From: Phoronis australis
Taxonomy: Eukaryota; Animalia; Phoronida
Assembly: GCA_002633005.1 (NCBI GenBank)
Contig: NMRA01001109.1
Location: 1-44,978 of the forward strand
Direction: 5' to 3'
DNA length: 44,978 nt
The translations under genes and the position numbers were made by a program. Numbering within the stretch: the stretch's first letter is position 1; each line of letters begins with the position of its first letter. The notes beneath the pieces were generated by a model. It searched no databases, had not been told where the DNA came from, and saw only the letters and a program-made list of their open reading frames with translations. Positions 44,959 to 44,978 of the stretch are shown piece after piece.

Positions 44959-44978
44959 CTGTAAACAATAAAATTGAA

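Overview
Eukaryotic genomic DNA, probably from an invertebrate animal, repeat-rich and with two N-gaps; the organism cannot be fixed from the sequence. Three protein-coding genes are supported. (1) An intron-less cytochrome-b5-fused front-end/sphingolipid-type desaturase (+, 16334-17674) whose third His box is HIEHH instead of the usual QxxHH. (2) A 7+-exon type I membrane receptor with two C-type lectin domains, a Thr/Ser-rich stalk, a TM helix and a Tyr-rich tail (+, 23829-28442; 5' end not found; one GC-AG intron). (3) The alanyl-tRNA editing protein AARSD1/AlaXp (-, 29090 to beyond 44958; first exon outside the window). The most striking structure is in AARSD1. The 117-nt exon encoding the CCGTH editing-site motif is present as two intact, long-diverged copies. 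Each is followed about 30 nt downstream by a short element complementary to one shared downstream element, matching a docking-site/selector architecture for mutually exclusive splicing. The rest is MITEs and other DNA-transposon remnants (one with a decayed HIRAN-like ORF), an LTR-like element with heat-shock elements, and minisatellites, several of which duplicate splice sites. AARSD1 exon numbers assume a single upstream exon outside the window.
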